Shown here piece by piece: positions 1 to 8,926 of a stretch of DNA of 64,000 nt. The notes under the pieces are model-generated. The model did not search any database. It saw nothing but the letters and a program-made list of their open reading frames with translations, and was not told where the DNA came from. Source of the stretch: Escherichia phage vB-EcoP-XT18; the sequence record OR757434.1; one strand, 5' to 3'. Position 1 is the first letter of the stretch. Every line of letters begins with the position of its first letter. The position numbers and the translations under genes are program-made.

Positions 1-885
1 GTGTTGCGGCTTCTGTTGAACATTAAGATTCCATATCCGTGGAAGACTCTGAATGAGATGACCTTCGGTATTCGATGGGGGGAGGTGGTAGCAATCGGTG
101 GTGGTGTAGGTAGTGGTAAAACACTAATTGCTCACGAACTGGTTGCTCATCTGTGCTTAGAGCATGGTTTTAATGGGGGTGGCTTCTTCTTGGAAGAGAA
201 GGTAGGCATGTCTGTTAAGAACATCGCTGGTAAGTCAGCATCAATTCCTTTCCACCGACCTGATGTTGAATATGACGAGGAAGATTTGCGTAATGAAGCA
301 CTTCGTTATGCAGACAAATTCTTCTTGTATGACAACTTTGGGCAGAACGAATGGGAAGACATTAAACAGTGTATCCGTTTCTGGGTAGTTGAAAACCAGT
401 GTAAGTTCATCATTCTTGATAACATTACCGCTCTGGTATCTCATTTAACACCTTCAGAGATTAACACTGAAATCAGTAAGATTGCTTCCGAGCTTGCTGG
501 TATGTGTAAAGAATTAGACTTTACCGCTTTCGTGCTATCTCACCTTAATGCTCCGGCAGGTGGTGCTCCTCACGAAGAAGGTGGACAGGTACGTGAAGTA
601 CAGTTCACTGGCTCTCGTTCTCTTATGCGTTGGTGTCAGTGTATCATTGGCTTTGAGCGTGATAAGCAAGCTGACGGCTTAGCTAAGAACCTCTCAGTCA
701 TTCGATTATTGAAAGAACGTAACTACGGTCAGACTGGTGTCTGTTATACTAAGTATATCAGTGAAACCGGTAGACTTGTAGAAAGGGAAGACTTTGAAGT
801 TGATGAAGATAATCCATTCGTTTTAACTAACGGAGAGGATGCAGCTTCTCTCGTCAACCAAGCAGATGGAGCTTCACCGTGGTAA
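1..885 (+). CDS. DNA primase/helicase, C-terminal DnaB-like helicase domain (5' end lies outside the window)
   Basis: Walker [10 protein letters not shown]; ORF open from base 1; layout like the helicase half of T7 gp4. Confidence 0.8.
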   Translation: MLRLLLNIKIPYPWKTLNEMTFGIRWGEVVAIGGGVGSGKTLIAHELVAHLCLEHGFNGGGFFLEEKVGMSVKNIAGKSASIPFHRPDVEYDEEDLRNEALRYADKFFLYDNFGQNEWEDIKQCIRFWVVENQCKFIILDNITALVSHLTPSEINTEISKIASELAGMCKELDFTAFVLSHLNAPAGGAPHEEGGQVREVQFTGSRSLMRWCQCIIGFERDKQADGLAKNLSVIRLLKERNYGQTGVCYTKYISETGRLVEREDFEVDEDNPFVLTNGEDAASLVNQADGASPW

Positions 886-1433
886 AGAAAAAGAAAGTGT
901 TTGCATTTGATATCGAAAGTAATGCACTATACGATGACATAACTAAAGTATGGTGTATTTACATTTTCGATGTTGAAACTGGTGAAAGGTGGGGCTATCG
1001 GCCTCACCAAATTGAAGATGGGATTCGTAAACTTACAGAAGCTGATGTGCTCGTTGGTCATAACATTATTGACTTTGACTTACCTGCTCTGAAAAAGATG
1101 TATCCCTCTTTGATTAAATATAATTTTAACGTCTTTGACACTTTATGTCTTAGTCGATATCTTAAACCTGACCGTATTGGTGACAGTCCTGAGTACCCGA
1201 AAGGTGACCCTAGACATGGCCCAAGAGGTCATGGCTTGAAGCAATGGGGTGAGTTCTTAGAGGAACTTAAAGGTGATTACGGTGAGCAAGAGGAAGCATG
1301 GGATGCTTTCACTGAAGATATGTTTACTTATTGTGAGCAGGACGTTAACTTAACCGTTAAGGTTTATAAATACTTGTGTGAACTCACAGGATTTGATCCT
1401 TACGACCCACCTTCATTATATTGGAAAATGTAA
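879..1433 (+). CDS. Family-A DNA polymerase, 3'-5' exonuclease domain only (part 1 of a split polymerase)
   Basis: [19 protein letters not shown] and YCEQDV resemble Exo I/II/III motifs and the T7 gp5 N-terminus; ORF stops at the exo/pol boundary. Confidence 0.8.
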   Translation: MVKKKKVFAFDIESNALYDDITKVWCIYIFDVETGERWGYRPHQIEDGIRKLTEADVLVGHNIIDFDLPALKKMYPSLIKYNFNVFDTLCLSRYLKPDRIGDSPEYPKGDPRHGPRGHGLKQWGEFLEELKGDYGEQEEAWDAFTEDMFTYCEQDVNLTVKVYKYLCELTGFDPYDPPSLYWKM

Positions 1434-1434
1434 A

Positions 1435-2796
1435 ATGATTGTTATCCCGATTAACCAAATTGAAGATAAGGTTGCTCAACAACCCGATATCACTGTTGGT
1501 CGTCATTTCATTGAACAGTTGATTAACAACAACTTGGTTCCAGACGGTATCTGTCCCATCATTACTGGTGGGGCTGTTCGTGATGCTGTTATTAATAATA
1601 CAGCTCCGCACGACATTGATATCTTTATCGTCAGAGGGCAAACACCAAGAACACAAAACACTTTCACTTCAGTGGGCCGTTGGCAAGCTCTTGGGAGTGA
1701 ACTTGAAAGCAATGTGAAAGAGTGGCTTGAGTCACAAGATATTGAGTATTCATCTCTTCTTGCTGAAGCTACAGATGAGCCATACGCAGGGACTTCTCGA
1801 TTAACATTCACTGATATCATTGAATTTCAGTGGCATGGAACGCGAATCCAATTCATGTTTAACTATCCCACCTCTATCGAAGAGGTTCTAGATAATTTTC
1901 CTATGATGTGTCGTGGTGCTATGACTCTTGATAAGCTATTCATGACCATTCATGGATATTTGGCTATGACTTCTCCAATTCCAGTGGTTGTGACTGATCG
2001 AGAGATTAAATATGTCCACAAGAAGTGGCCTAATTCACAGGTGCTAAGGTTCCAAACCCCGGGAGTTGCTTTTCATTATATGGCACATGCTCGGCAACAA
2101 CCCATACCTCAGATGGTCAGGGATCTGGTTAATAACCAAGGTCAAGTATATCTTATTGGCGACACAGCAAGTCCTCAATATTGTGTTGACCAAGACATGA
2201 GTCGATTCTTTGGAATCCCTTATGAAGAAATTCAGTTAATGTCAAGTGTTAATGGATCTAGTCGGATTAGTGCGTATTGGTCTGAAGGGTTGACAAACCT
2301 GACAACTAACACAGGAGGAGATCTCCTTGGTCGGGAAGAAGAACCTAACCGACACAATGCAATTGAAGGGGTTTTTGTAGCCCCTGCAATGCGCCGAGCA
2401 CAAGAGTCACGAAATCTAAGCTCTACTCGTAGAACATCTTTTGAAGAAACTCTTGGTGTTACTAGCGATTCATTTGAGCGGTGGTTGTCTAGACGTTCTA
2501 ATGGTCAATCAAATGGTTTGACTGTTAGCCGTCACCAGTTCTCTGGTCAGAGTTTAGCTGTTGGTGATAGCAACGCACCTGTTATGGCTGTGTGGACCGA
2601 TGAAGGTGTGGCCCAAGATGTGGTAAGTAGTCTTGATGTCCCTTCTCATGGTGAATTAGCTGAGACCGTCAGCCGCAATCTCGCTGATCGGTTTGTTGCT
2701 AACAACCCTGAAGTATTAGAGCCTCAAACCCGTACAGTTCGGTTTGCCGATGAAGCAGGTCGTGGAATCTCTTTTGACATGGAAACAAACAACTAA
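1435..2796 (+). CDS. Pol-beta superfamily nucleotidyltransferase, CCA-adding enzyme / poly(A) polymerase-like head domain
   Basis: GGAVRD followed by HDIDIF matches the class II tRNA nucleotidyltransferase signature; C-terminal half is S/T/R-rich and looks disordered; start ATG overlaps the exo-domain stop. Confidence 0.55.
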   Translation: MIVIPINQIEDKVAQQPDITVGRHFIEQLINNNLVPDGICPIITGGAVRDAVINNTAPHDIDIFIVRGQTPRTQNTFTSVGRWQALGSELESNVKEWLESQDIEYSSLLAEATDEPYAGTSRLTFTDIIEFQWHGTRIQFMFNYPTSIEEVLDNFPMMCRGAMTLDKLFMTIHGYLAMTSPIPVVVTDREIKYVHKKWPNSQVLRFQTPGVAFHYMAHARQQPIPQMVRDLVNNQGQVYLIGDTASPQYCVDQDMSRFFGIPYEEIQLMSSVNGSSRISAYWSEGLTNLTTNTGGDLLGREEEPNRHNAIEGVFVAPAMRRAQESRNLSSTRRTSFEETLGVTSDSFERWLSRRSNGQSNGLTVSRHQFSGQSLAVGDSNAPVMAVWTDEGVAQDVVSSLDVPSHGELAETVSRNLADRFVANNPEVLEPQTRTVRFADEAGRGISFDMETNN

Positions 2797-2805
2797 GGAA
2801 TAAGA

Positions 2806-3339
2806 ATGAGTTTACTAGGAAGTGTTGAACTGCATGATGTAATTGACAATGGCTATCTGGATGCGGAGCATAAGTATGTTAACGCTGCTAGTGTGGATAT
2901 CCGTATTGGTGATACTATCCTTGTTGAAGAACAGGCTGATGGCATCGTTGATATTGATGCGAAAGAGAATCTTCAGTGGAAGGAAGTAAAAATCCCTGAA
3001 GAGGGCTTGGTTATCACTCCGGGTCAGTTCTTCTTGGCTCACTCTATGGAGGAGTTTAATCTTCCAGATAACATCTCAAGTCTGTTTGTTCTGCGTTCGT
3101 CTATGGCTCGTTGTGGTTTGAACCACCTTCACGCCGGTTGGGCAGATGCAGGATTTAATAGCAGTAAGCTGACATTTGAATTCCATAACGTAACCAAGCA
3201 CCACAGTTTACGAGTTCGTGCTGGTATGCGTGTTGGTCAGATGGTGATGTTTGAGCACTCTCATGCAGGGGAACATTCCTATGCAGTGAAGGGGCGTTAT
3301 AATAACTCTGAAGGTGTAGTTGCATCTAAAGGTGTGTAA
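2806..3339 (+). CDS. dcd: dCTP deaminase
   Basis: ASVDIRIGDT, RSSMARCGL and YNNSEGVVASKG align by eye with E. coli Dcd motifs. Confidence 0.8.
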   Translation: MSLLGSVELHDVIDNGYLDAEHKYVNAASVDIRIGDTILVEEQADGIVDIDAKENLQWKEVKIPEEGLVITPGQFFLAHSMEEFNLPDNISSLFVLRSSMARCGLNHLHAGWADAGFNSSKLTFEFHNVTKHHSLRVRAGMRVGQMVMFEHSHAGEHSYAVKGRYNNSEGVVASKGV

Positions 3340-3546
3340 ATGACTGAAGAAGAGTTCCAAGAACTGAAAGGTTTGACTACCGAGGTTCAATTAAAAGCTA
3401 TGACATTTGGTCGAGCATGTCATCAATTTGATATATGCGTCGAAAGCAGTAAAGAAGCTTGTAAGAGCTATATGGATAAGAAGCACCTTGAATGGGGTAA
3501 AGCCTCTAACGATCTTTATAACTATATGAAGGGTTTAGTAAAATGA
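3340..3546 (+). CDS. hypothetical protein
   Basis: ORF in operon context. Confidence 0.4.
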   Translation: MTEEEFQELKGLTTEVQLKAMTFGRACHQFDICVESSKEACKSYMDKKHLEWGKASNDLYNYMKGLVK

Positions 3547-3740
3547 AAAAGTGGATTGTTCGTGTACATGATGATATGACTGGAGACTTGGTAGCTGTAG
3601 ATTTTATTAACACTCGAGAACACGCCCGTAGGGTCAAAAACCAATACAAGTCTACTTTTAGACTCAATAAGGTTACAATAGGAAAAGCTATTGTGAATAA
3701 CGAAGGTGCTCTTTTTGCCAACAGCAAGGTTTATTATTAA
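3543..3740 (+). CDS. small basic protein, paralog family A member 1
   Basis: shares W..V...TR.EAR..KK...VYY pattern with 3740-3949, 3959-4159 and 6501-6710. Confidence 0.45.
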   Translation: MKKWIVRVHDDMTGDLVAVDFINTREHARRVKNQYKSTFRLNKVTIGKAIVNNEGALFANSKVYY

Positions 3741-3949
3741 TGAGACCAATCACTATGAGACAGTTTTGGTTAGCAAAGATTAAGTGGGCATCAGGTGGTA
3801 TGACTATGACTGCACTTCCTACTCGTCAACAGGCTCGAGATTTTAAAAAGACTATGCTTACTGGTGACGTGGTCAATAGTATCAGTATCCATAAGGCCAA
3901 GGAGTATTCTTCTGGTCGTGTTTATATCAGCGGAAAGGTACATTACTAA
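3740..3949 (+). CDS. small basic protein, paralog family A member 2
   Basis: paralog pattern, ends VHY. Confidence 0.45.
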   Translation: MRPITMRQFWLAKIKWASGGMTMTALPTRQQARDFKKTMLTGDVVNSISIHKAKEYSSGRVYISGKVHY

Positions 3950-3958
3950 TGAAAAAAG

Positions 3959-4159
3959 ATGTGGGCGATTCGTGTTGTTTGGGATCTTGATCAACACACG
4001 AGAAAAGATAGCATCAAATTGTTTGACACTCGCAAAGAGGCTCGTATTGCTAAGAAACAGTTGAAGACTCTGGGCACAATAGTAAAAAGCGCTGATATAC
4101 ATCGCTGGTACGAAGACCCTAACTCGGGTTCTTTTATGTCTAAAGTAATTTATTACTGA
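3959..4159 (+). CDS. small basic protein, paralog family A member 3
   Basis: paralog pattern, ends VIYY. Confidence 0.45.
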   Translation: MWAIRVVWDLDQHTRKDSIKLFDTRKEARIAKKQLKTLGTIVKSADIHRWYEDPNSGSFMSKVIYY

Positions 4160-4183
4160 TTGGTAGTAGATATGGTAACTCTC

Positions 4184-4192
4184 AAATGTATA
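4184..4192 (+). promoter_or_regulatory. AAATGTATA, variant of the recurring TAATGTATA putative phage-sigma promoter motif
   Basis: motif about 40 nt upstream of the 4232 start. Confidence 0.3.
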
Positions 4193-4231
4193 TAGAGTAC
4201 AATAAGAATTTGTATTTTACAGGAGAGAGTT

Positions 4232-4558
4232 ATGTTAGATTTGAGTAAAGTGGCCCCGCCCACTGAAGAGATTACAAAATCCAAGGTGATGCAACAGTTT
4301 TATCATCGTGATATGCTTGGTCGCTTTATCAAGAATCGTGATGTTGTTGCTTGGTCTATTGGTAATCAAGGATATCTGTTGAAGGTTCTTCAGGTTACAG
4401 GTTCAACTGCTAAGCGAGTTAAGGTGTATGACCCTGAAATGGGGCGTTCTAAGTCAGTAGACCCGCAGAACTGCATCGTAATTACCCAGCAGGTGATAGC
4501 AAATCTAGAAAGAAATGTAGCAAACTCTACTGAGTTAGAAGGAGAAGACCCTAAGTGA
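4232..4558 (+). CDS. hypothetical protein
   Basis: ORF with GGAG-type RBS. Confidence 0.45.
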   Translation: MLDLSKVAPPTEEITKSKVMQQFYHRDMLGRFIKNRDVVAWSIGNQGYLLKVLQVTGSTAKRVKVYDPEMGRSKSVDPQNCIVITQQVIANLERNVANSTELEGEDPK

Positions 4559-5049
4559 TTCCAAAGGAATTGGAAGGGAAGATTGATGTAACAGAGGATG
4601 GTAGAGTATTTACTATAAAAAGTGGAAGGTTTTTAACCCTCCACACTAATGGTGCCTATTACAGAGTTACTATTTACTTTCCTGAAGGATTAAAGAATTT
4701 CTATGTCCACAGGCTGGTTGCTAGTAAGTACATACCGAACCCTGATAATCTTCCATGTGTCAACCATAAGGATGGCAATAAACTTAACAATCATAAAGAT
4801 AATCTTGAATGGTGTACCCACCGAGAAAACTCTCAACATGCATCATCATTAGGTCTGATGGTACAGAGGTTTGGAGAAGACAATCCGCAGTCTAAACTTA
4901 CTCTAGAAGATGTAGAGTACTGTAGGAGAGTTTATATCCCTCGAGATAAAGAGTTTGGAGGCTCTGCCCTTGCAAGACGTTTTGGTGTCTCTCAGCAAGT
5001 GATATCAAAAGTTCTACTTAATCAAACTTGGAGGGAATATAATGCATAA
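4555..5049 (+). CDS. HNH homing endonuclease with C-terminal HTH
   Basis: VNHKDGNKLNNHKDNLEWCTHRENSQH; paralog of 41312-41824. Confidence 0.8.
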   Translation: MIPKELEGKIDVTEDGRVFTIKSGRFLTLHTNGAYYRVTIYFPEGLKNFYVHRLVASKYIPNPDNLPCVNHKDGNKLNNHKDNLEWCTHRENSQHASSLGLMVQRFGEDNPQSKLTLEDVEYCRRVYIPRDKEFGGSALARRFGVSQQVISKVLLNQTWREYNA

Positions 5050-5605
5050 GAATGTTTTTGATTTACCTGAGATTGGTCGTGCCGAATATAATATGTTAGA
5101 CCGATCAGAGCTTTCAATCTCTCGCCTTGAAACAATGCAGGGTATGATTAGTGGAAACAGCCTAGAACACATCCTGAGCTGCTTACAAGCTAACATAGAA
5201 CTCTTGCATATCAAAGCTAAAAACTACCATTGGAACGTCTCTGGTGCAGGATTTCAGGGTGTTCATGGTATGTTTGATGAGCTGGAAGATTACGCACGAC
5301 AAGTAGGAGATCGTATTGCTGAACGTATGCGTTACCACTGTGTTAAAGTGGACGCCACAGCAGCCAATTATCTCTCCCATGCTTGGTTCTCAGAGGGTAA
5401 TGCTGACCTAGATATGGACGGTATGCTCTCTGATATGTGCATGACCTTGATGTGTATTATTGAGAAGATGGATGAGTTTGATGGTGATTTAGCCACTTAT
5501 CCAGTTGATCAGAGTATGCTTCAAGAAATTAATGAAGGTCTTGGCAAGTATTGCTACTTCGTCAAGAGCAACATGTCCCACTCAAGTGGCGATGTGTCTT
5601 ACTAA
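5042..5605 (+). CDS. Dps/ferritin-like protein
   Basis: KNYHWNVSGAGFQGVHGMFDELEDYARQVGDRIAER resembles the Dps core HWN..G..F..H..F.E....D.IAER. Confidence 0.6.
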   Translation: MHKNVFDLPEIGRAEYNMLDRSELSISRLETMQGMISGNSLEHILSCLQANIELLHIKAKNYHWNVSGAGFQGVHGMFDELEDYARQVGDRIAERMRYHCVKVDATAANYLSHAWFSEGNADLDMDGMLSDMCMTLMCIIEKMDEFDGDLATYPVDQSMLQEINEGLGKYCYFVKSNMSHSSGDVSY

Positions 5606-5666
5606 AAACCTCCGCCCTGTCTCCTAACCCGAGGTGGGGCGAACTTATTTATAAGGATATAGATAT

Positions 5667-5846
5667 ATGTTATCAGCAATCGTATGGGGTATTTGGGCTG
5701 TCTTTATTGGTGGTGGTATCTATTGGGCTTCTGGCAAGCTTATTGAAGAAACTCCTGACAAGAAAGGTGAGATTCAAACAGCATCAACCATCATGGTTGT
5801 CGTAGCTGTTGTTATCCCATTCCTGCTTCACCTCCTGACTGCATAA
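5667..5846 (+). CDS. small membrane protein (59 aa, below the ORF-track cutoff)
   Basis: ATG with AAGGA RBS; two hydrophobic segments; the overlapping track ORF 5551-5805 is in another frame and less plausible. Confidence 0.4.
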   Translation: MLSAIVWGIWAVFIGGGIYWASGKLIEETPDKKGEIQTASTIMVVVAVVIPFLLHLLTA

Positions 5847-5855
5847 GGGTTTGAT

Positions 5856-6041
5856 ATGATTTCACTGATTGTGTGGGCCGTGTGGTCGTTAATAGTTGGT
5901 ACTGTTATATATAAAGCTCGAAATTTAGCAATTAAAGAAAACCCAGCAGAAGAGGATGTTAAAGCTATCAAGCTAGGCAGTGTTGTTCTGGTACATTTTG
6001 CTATAACACTACCTCTTGTTATTATTCTTTGTATGCTATAA
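5856..6041 (+). CDS. small membrane protein
   Basis: two hydrophobic segments; similar to 5667-5846. Confidence 0.4.
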   Translation: MISLIVWAVWSLIVGTVIYKARNLAIKENPAEEDVKAIKLGSVVLVHFAITLPLVIILCML

Positions 6042-6231
6042 GGAAACCAAAGAGTGAAACTAAACCTACCTGAAGAATTACAAGCACATGCCATTATCGT
6101 TAGTGGCTGTGTGATGGGTCTTGGTCAAACAAAGAAGATTGCTCATGACTTAGCAAAAGGTCAGTATAAATCTTTTATTGTTGTTCCTGCTACCCAACGT
6201 CATATCAACCTGTTTATTAACAAGGAATAGA

Positions 6232-6504
6232 ATGTCTAAAGTGATTAAGTTTTATAGCGATCAGTGTGCTCCATGTAAAGCAATGGCTCCTACCTTTGAG
6301 AAGGTTGTTAAGGAGTTCGATGTAGAAGTAGAAGAGATTAACATCCTTGAAGGTGATGGTCGTGAACAAGCTGTTAAGTATGGTGTAAGAAGCATCCCTG
6401 CTTTCGTTGTACCTGACCGTAATAGTGGTGCACACTATAGTCTCTCTGGTATGCAGACCGAAGCAAACCTGAAAGCATTCTTAACTACTGCCCTAGGTGT
6501 TTGA
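6232..6504 (+). CDS. thioredoxin-like protein
   Basis: CAPC active-site motif in thioredoxin-fold context; ATG at 6232 has an RBS, track start 6178 is probably too far upstream. Confidence 0.65.
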   Translation: MSKVIKFYSDQCAPCKAMAPTFEKVVKEFDVEVEEINILEGDGREQAVKYGVRSIPAFVVPDRNSGAHYSLSGMQTEANLKAFLTTALGV

Positions 6505-6710
6505 TTATGAAAAAATATTGGACGGTGGTATATTACCTCTACCAAGACCCGGCTATACCTGTTACAGAGCACTTTGCTACTCGTAAAGATGCTCGCCGTT
6601 TTAAGAAGGCTCTTAAGATGTCTCCAAAGATTTATAGTAAAGTAAGCTTACATAAATCAACATTGTCAGAGAAGGGAACCTTAGTGGTTTGTTATGTAAA
6701 AGAATATTAA
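6501..6710 (+). CDS. small basic protein, paralog family A member 4
   Basis: TRKDARRFKKAL...VKEY pattern. Confidence 0.45.
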   Translation: MIMKKYWTVVYYLYQDPAIPVTEHFATRKDARRFKKALKMSPKIYSKVSLHKSTLSEKGTLVVCYVKEY

Positions 6711-6725
6711 TAAGGAAATTCACGG

Positions 6726-7217
6726 ATGAATGATATTGATCCATCAATAAAAGAAGCTCTTGATTATGACCCTTTGACTGGAGATTTCCGATGGGTTAAA
6801 ACTTATGGAAAAGGGCGCAAAGGGTCTATAGCTGGTTCTATAAATACCAACGGGTATTTGAGAATCGTTTATAAAGGTGTTAGGTATTATGCTCATCGAC
6901 TTGCTTACTGGTGGGACACTGGATTGCTTCCTGAAGAAGTGGACCATGTAGACCGCAACAGACTAAATAACAAAAGAGAGAACCTTAGAGGGACTACTAG
7001 GTCAGGGAATGGACTCAACAAAATAGCCCAAAGTAACAACTTATCAACCGGAGTGATTGGAGTAACTCTTCATAGAAGGAAAAGTGGCTCTATTGCTTAC
7101 CGGGCGGTATTCAAATCTAAGCACATAGGACTCTTCTCAACTATAGAAGAAGCCTCTAAAGCATATAATAAAGTCAAGGAGACTTATATAAATGACAATC
7201 AAAGCTTCACTAATTGA
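6726..7217 (+). CDS. HNH homing endonuclease
   Basis: VDHVDRNRLNNKRENLR HNH core. Confidence 0.75.
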   Translation: MNDIDPSIKEALDYDPLTGDFRWVKTYGKGRKGSIAGSINTNGYLRIVYKGVRYYAHRLAYWWDTGLLPEEVDHVDRNRLNNKRENLRGTTRSGNGLNKIAQSNNLSTGVIGVTLHRRKSGSIAYRAVFKSKHIGLFSTIEEASKAYNKVKETYINDNQSFTN

Positions 7218-7839
7218 TAACTTCGGTTCCGACCTTACTGTGGTCAATGCTGCTCGTGTGACTATGGGGGTAGAAAGAGAGGAGTTGAAAGAAAGTGATA
7301 CTCGGCTTATTAACTTCCTAGCTCGAGAGCGACACGTAAGCCCTTTTCGCCACCCACAAGCTAGCTTCAGATGCGAAGCCCCTATAGCAATTGCACGTCA
7401 GCTACAGAAGCATCAAGTTGGTTTTTCTTGGAATGAGATGAGTCGTAGATATAAAGATGGAGCAGTGGATATTTTTATACCTAAAGAAATCTTCTCTCGC
7501 CCCGATGATCTACATTCGGGTTCTGGAACACTCCTTGAAGGAGATGAAGAGGTAAAGGCTTTAGCTTTGTTTAACTCTGCATATGAGGCATCTCTTGCTA
7601 GTTATGATGAATTAATTAAGTTCGTAGCTCCTGAACAGGCTAGATTTGTTTTACCTCAAGGTATGGTAACTACTTGGTACTGGACTGGTTCTTTGTATGG
7701 CTGGTTTGAGTTGTGTCGTCAGCGACTATCCTCCCATGCTCAGTATGAAGTTCGAGTGTTTGCTCAATCTCTGGATGAAGAGATGGCTAAACTCTACCCA
7801 ATCTCGTGGGCAGCTCTGAAGAAAACTTTGGAGAGTTAA
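7192..7839 (+). CDS. thyX: FAD-dependent thymidylate synthase (ThyX-like) with variant active-site motif
   Basis: by-eye alignment to ThyX (VNAARVTMG, SHAQYE); canonical RHR-x7-S appears as KHQ-x8-S. Confidence 0.7.
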   Translation: MTIKASLIDNFGSDLTVVNAARVTMGVEREELKESDTRLINFLARERHVSPFRHPQASFRCEAPIAIARQLQKHQVGFSWNEMSRRYKDGAVDIFIPKEIFSRPDDLHSGSGTLLEGDEEVKALALFNSAYEASLASYDELIKFVAPEQARFVLPQGMVTTWYWTGSLYGWFELCRQRLSSHAQYEVRVFAQSLDEEMAKLYPISWAALKKTLES

Positions 7840-8024
7840 TGACACATAAAGTGTGTAGCTTCTGTAAGAAAGAGAAGACTATCATCAACTTCAAACCTAA
7901 TCCTGTAACTGGTCTGTCTCATGTTATGTGTCACTCTTGTAGGATATATCTTGAAACAAAGCACACCATTAACAGGTTGCATTATTATCACCCAACAACA
8001 TTCAAATTTAAGGTTGTTAAATGA
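7839..8024 (+). CDS. small zinc-ribbon protein
   Basis: CSFC...CHSC; ATG overlaps the thyX stop. Confidence 0.4.
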   Translation: MTHKVCSFCKKEKTIINFKPNPVTGLSHVMCHSCRIYLETKHTINRLHYYHPTTFKFKVVK

Positions 8025-8224
8025 AAACATTATGGACTCTTGACTGTCAAGATGATGACGGAGAGCGTTGGACTTGGAAATATTTCCTAGGGAAACCAAC
8101 ACCCGAGAACCCTGCTTTGGATTGTGCTTCATATGAAGATGCTAAGAAGCTGGTAAATGGAGAAAAGGTTTGGTCTCCGGATAATGAAGTTCAGTACTTT
8201 TTAACAGAACGGAAATTTTCATAA
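8021..8224 (+). CDS. hypothetical protein
   Basis: ORF, translationally coupled. Confidence 0.4.
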   Translation: MKTLWTLDCQDDDGERWTWKYFLGKPTPENPALDCASYEDAKKLVNGEKVWSPDNEVQYFLTERKFS

Positions 8225-8547
8225 TGATTGACGGTAATACATTTAGGACTTCAAATGGAAGTGAAATAAGTCCCGCTGAAGTGATTAATCGGCACAGAAG
8301 GCAATTGATCATCCATTCCTATTTGTATTACTGGTTGGATGACCCTATCTGGTCTGATGATAAATGGCAACAAGTTGCTAACGATTTGGTTGAGTTGCAA
8401 GCCTTGTATCCAGAGCCTACCGGAGTCTTTGACAATGAGTTCAAAGATTGGGATGGTTCTACAGGGATGCATCTCCCACATAACGAAGCTGTTGCTTGTA
8501 TGGCGACAGCTGTTTACAGACTTCATAAAGAGGTTAACTTCGCATGA
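8224..8547 (+). CDS. hypothetical protein
   Basis: ORF. Confidence 0.45.
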   Translation: MIDGNTFRTSNGSEISPAEVINRHRRQLIIHSYLYYWLDDPIWSDDKWQQVANDLVELQALYPEPTGVFDNEFKDWDGSTGMHLPHNEAVACMATAVYRLHKEVNFA

Positions 8548-8744
8548 GCGTAGTTTATGTTCTAGAAAGATATGCTGAAGATCACAACAGTATTGTTGCC
8601 ATATTTAAATATGCCCCAGATGTTGAGGATATTTTGAATGTGACTCACTTAACTAATGTTGATAAAATCAAAGACCTCATCAGGAATGACAATGCCCACA
8701 TAGGTGACTCTCTGTGGTCTCTTACCGAATGGACATTGTGGTGA
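8544..8744 (+). CDS. hypothetical protein
   Basis: ORF. Confidence 0.4.
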   Translation: MSVVYVLERYAEDHNSIVAIFKYAPDVEDILNVTHLTNVDKIKDLIRNDNAHIGDSLWSLTEWTLW

Positions 8745-8926
8745 AGTGCTCTAGGTGTGAAGGAACAAACCTTCATTTAAGTAACAAGGTTATCAGAGAG
8801 CTTGCCAAAGGCTCTCCAACCAAAGGGAAGAACAAACGATTTACTAACGTCAGGGTTTATACAGCAATCTGTAAAGACTGCTTAACTACTGAGTGTCATT
8901 ACGAAGAAATTGGAGAGCGTAAATGA
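8714..8926 (+). CDS. small Cys-rich protein
   Basis: CSRC...CKDC...ECH. Confidence 0.35.
   Translation: MVSYRMDIVVKCSRCEGTNLHLSNKVIRELAKGSPTKGKNKRFTNVRVYTAICKDCLTTECHYEEIGERK

Noticed and set aside
1378-2796. Track ORF overlapping the end of the exonuclease-domain gene, considered as an intein or in-frame continuation of the polymerase
   Set aside because: It is in a different frame, follows a true stop codon, and carries nucleotidyltransferase motifs rather than intein or polymerase motifs; the real start is the ATG at 1435.
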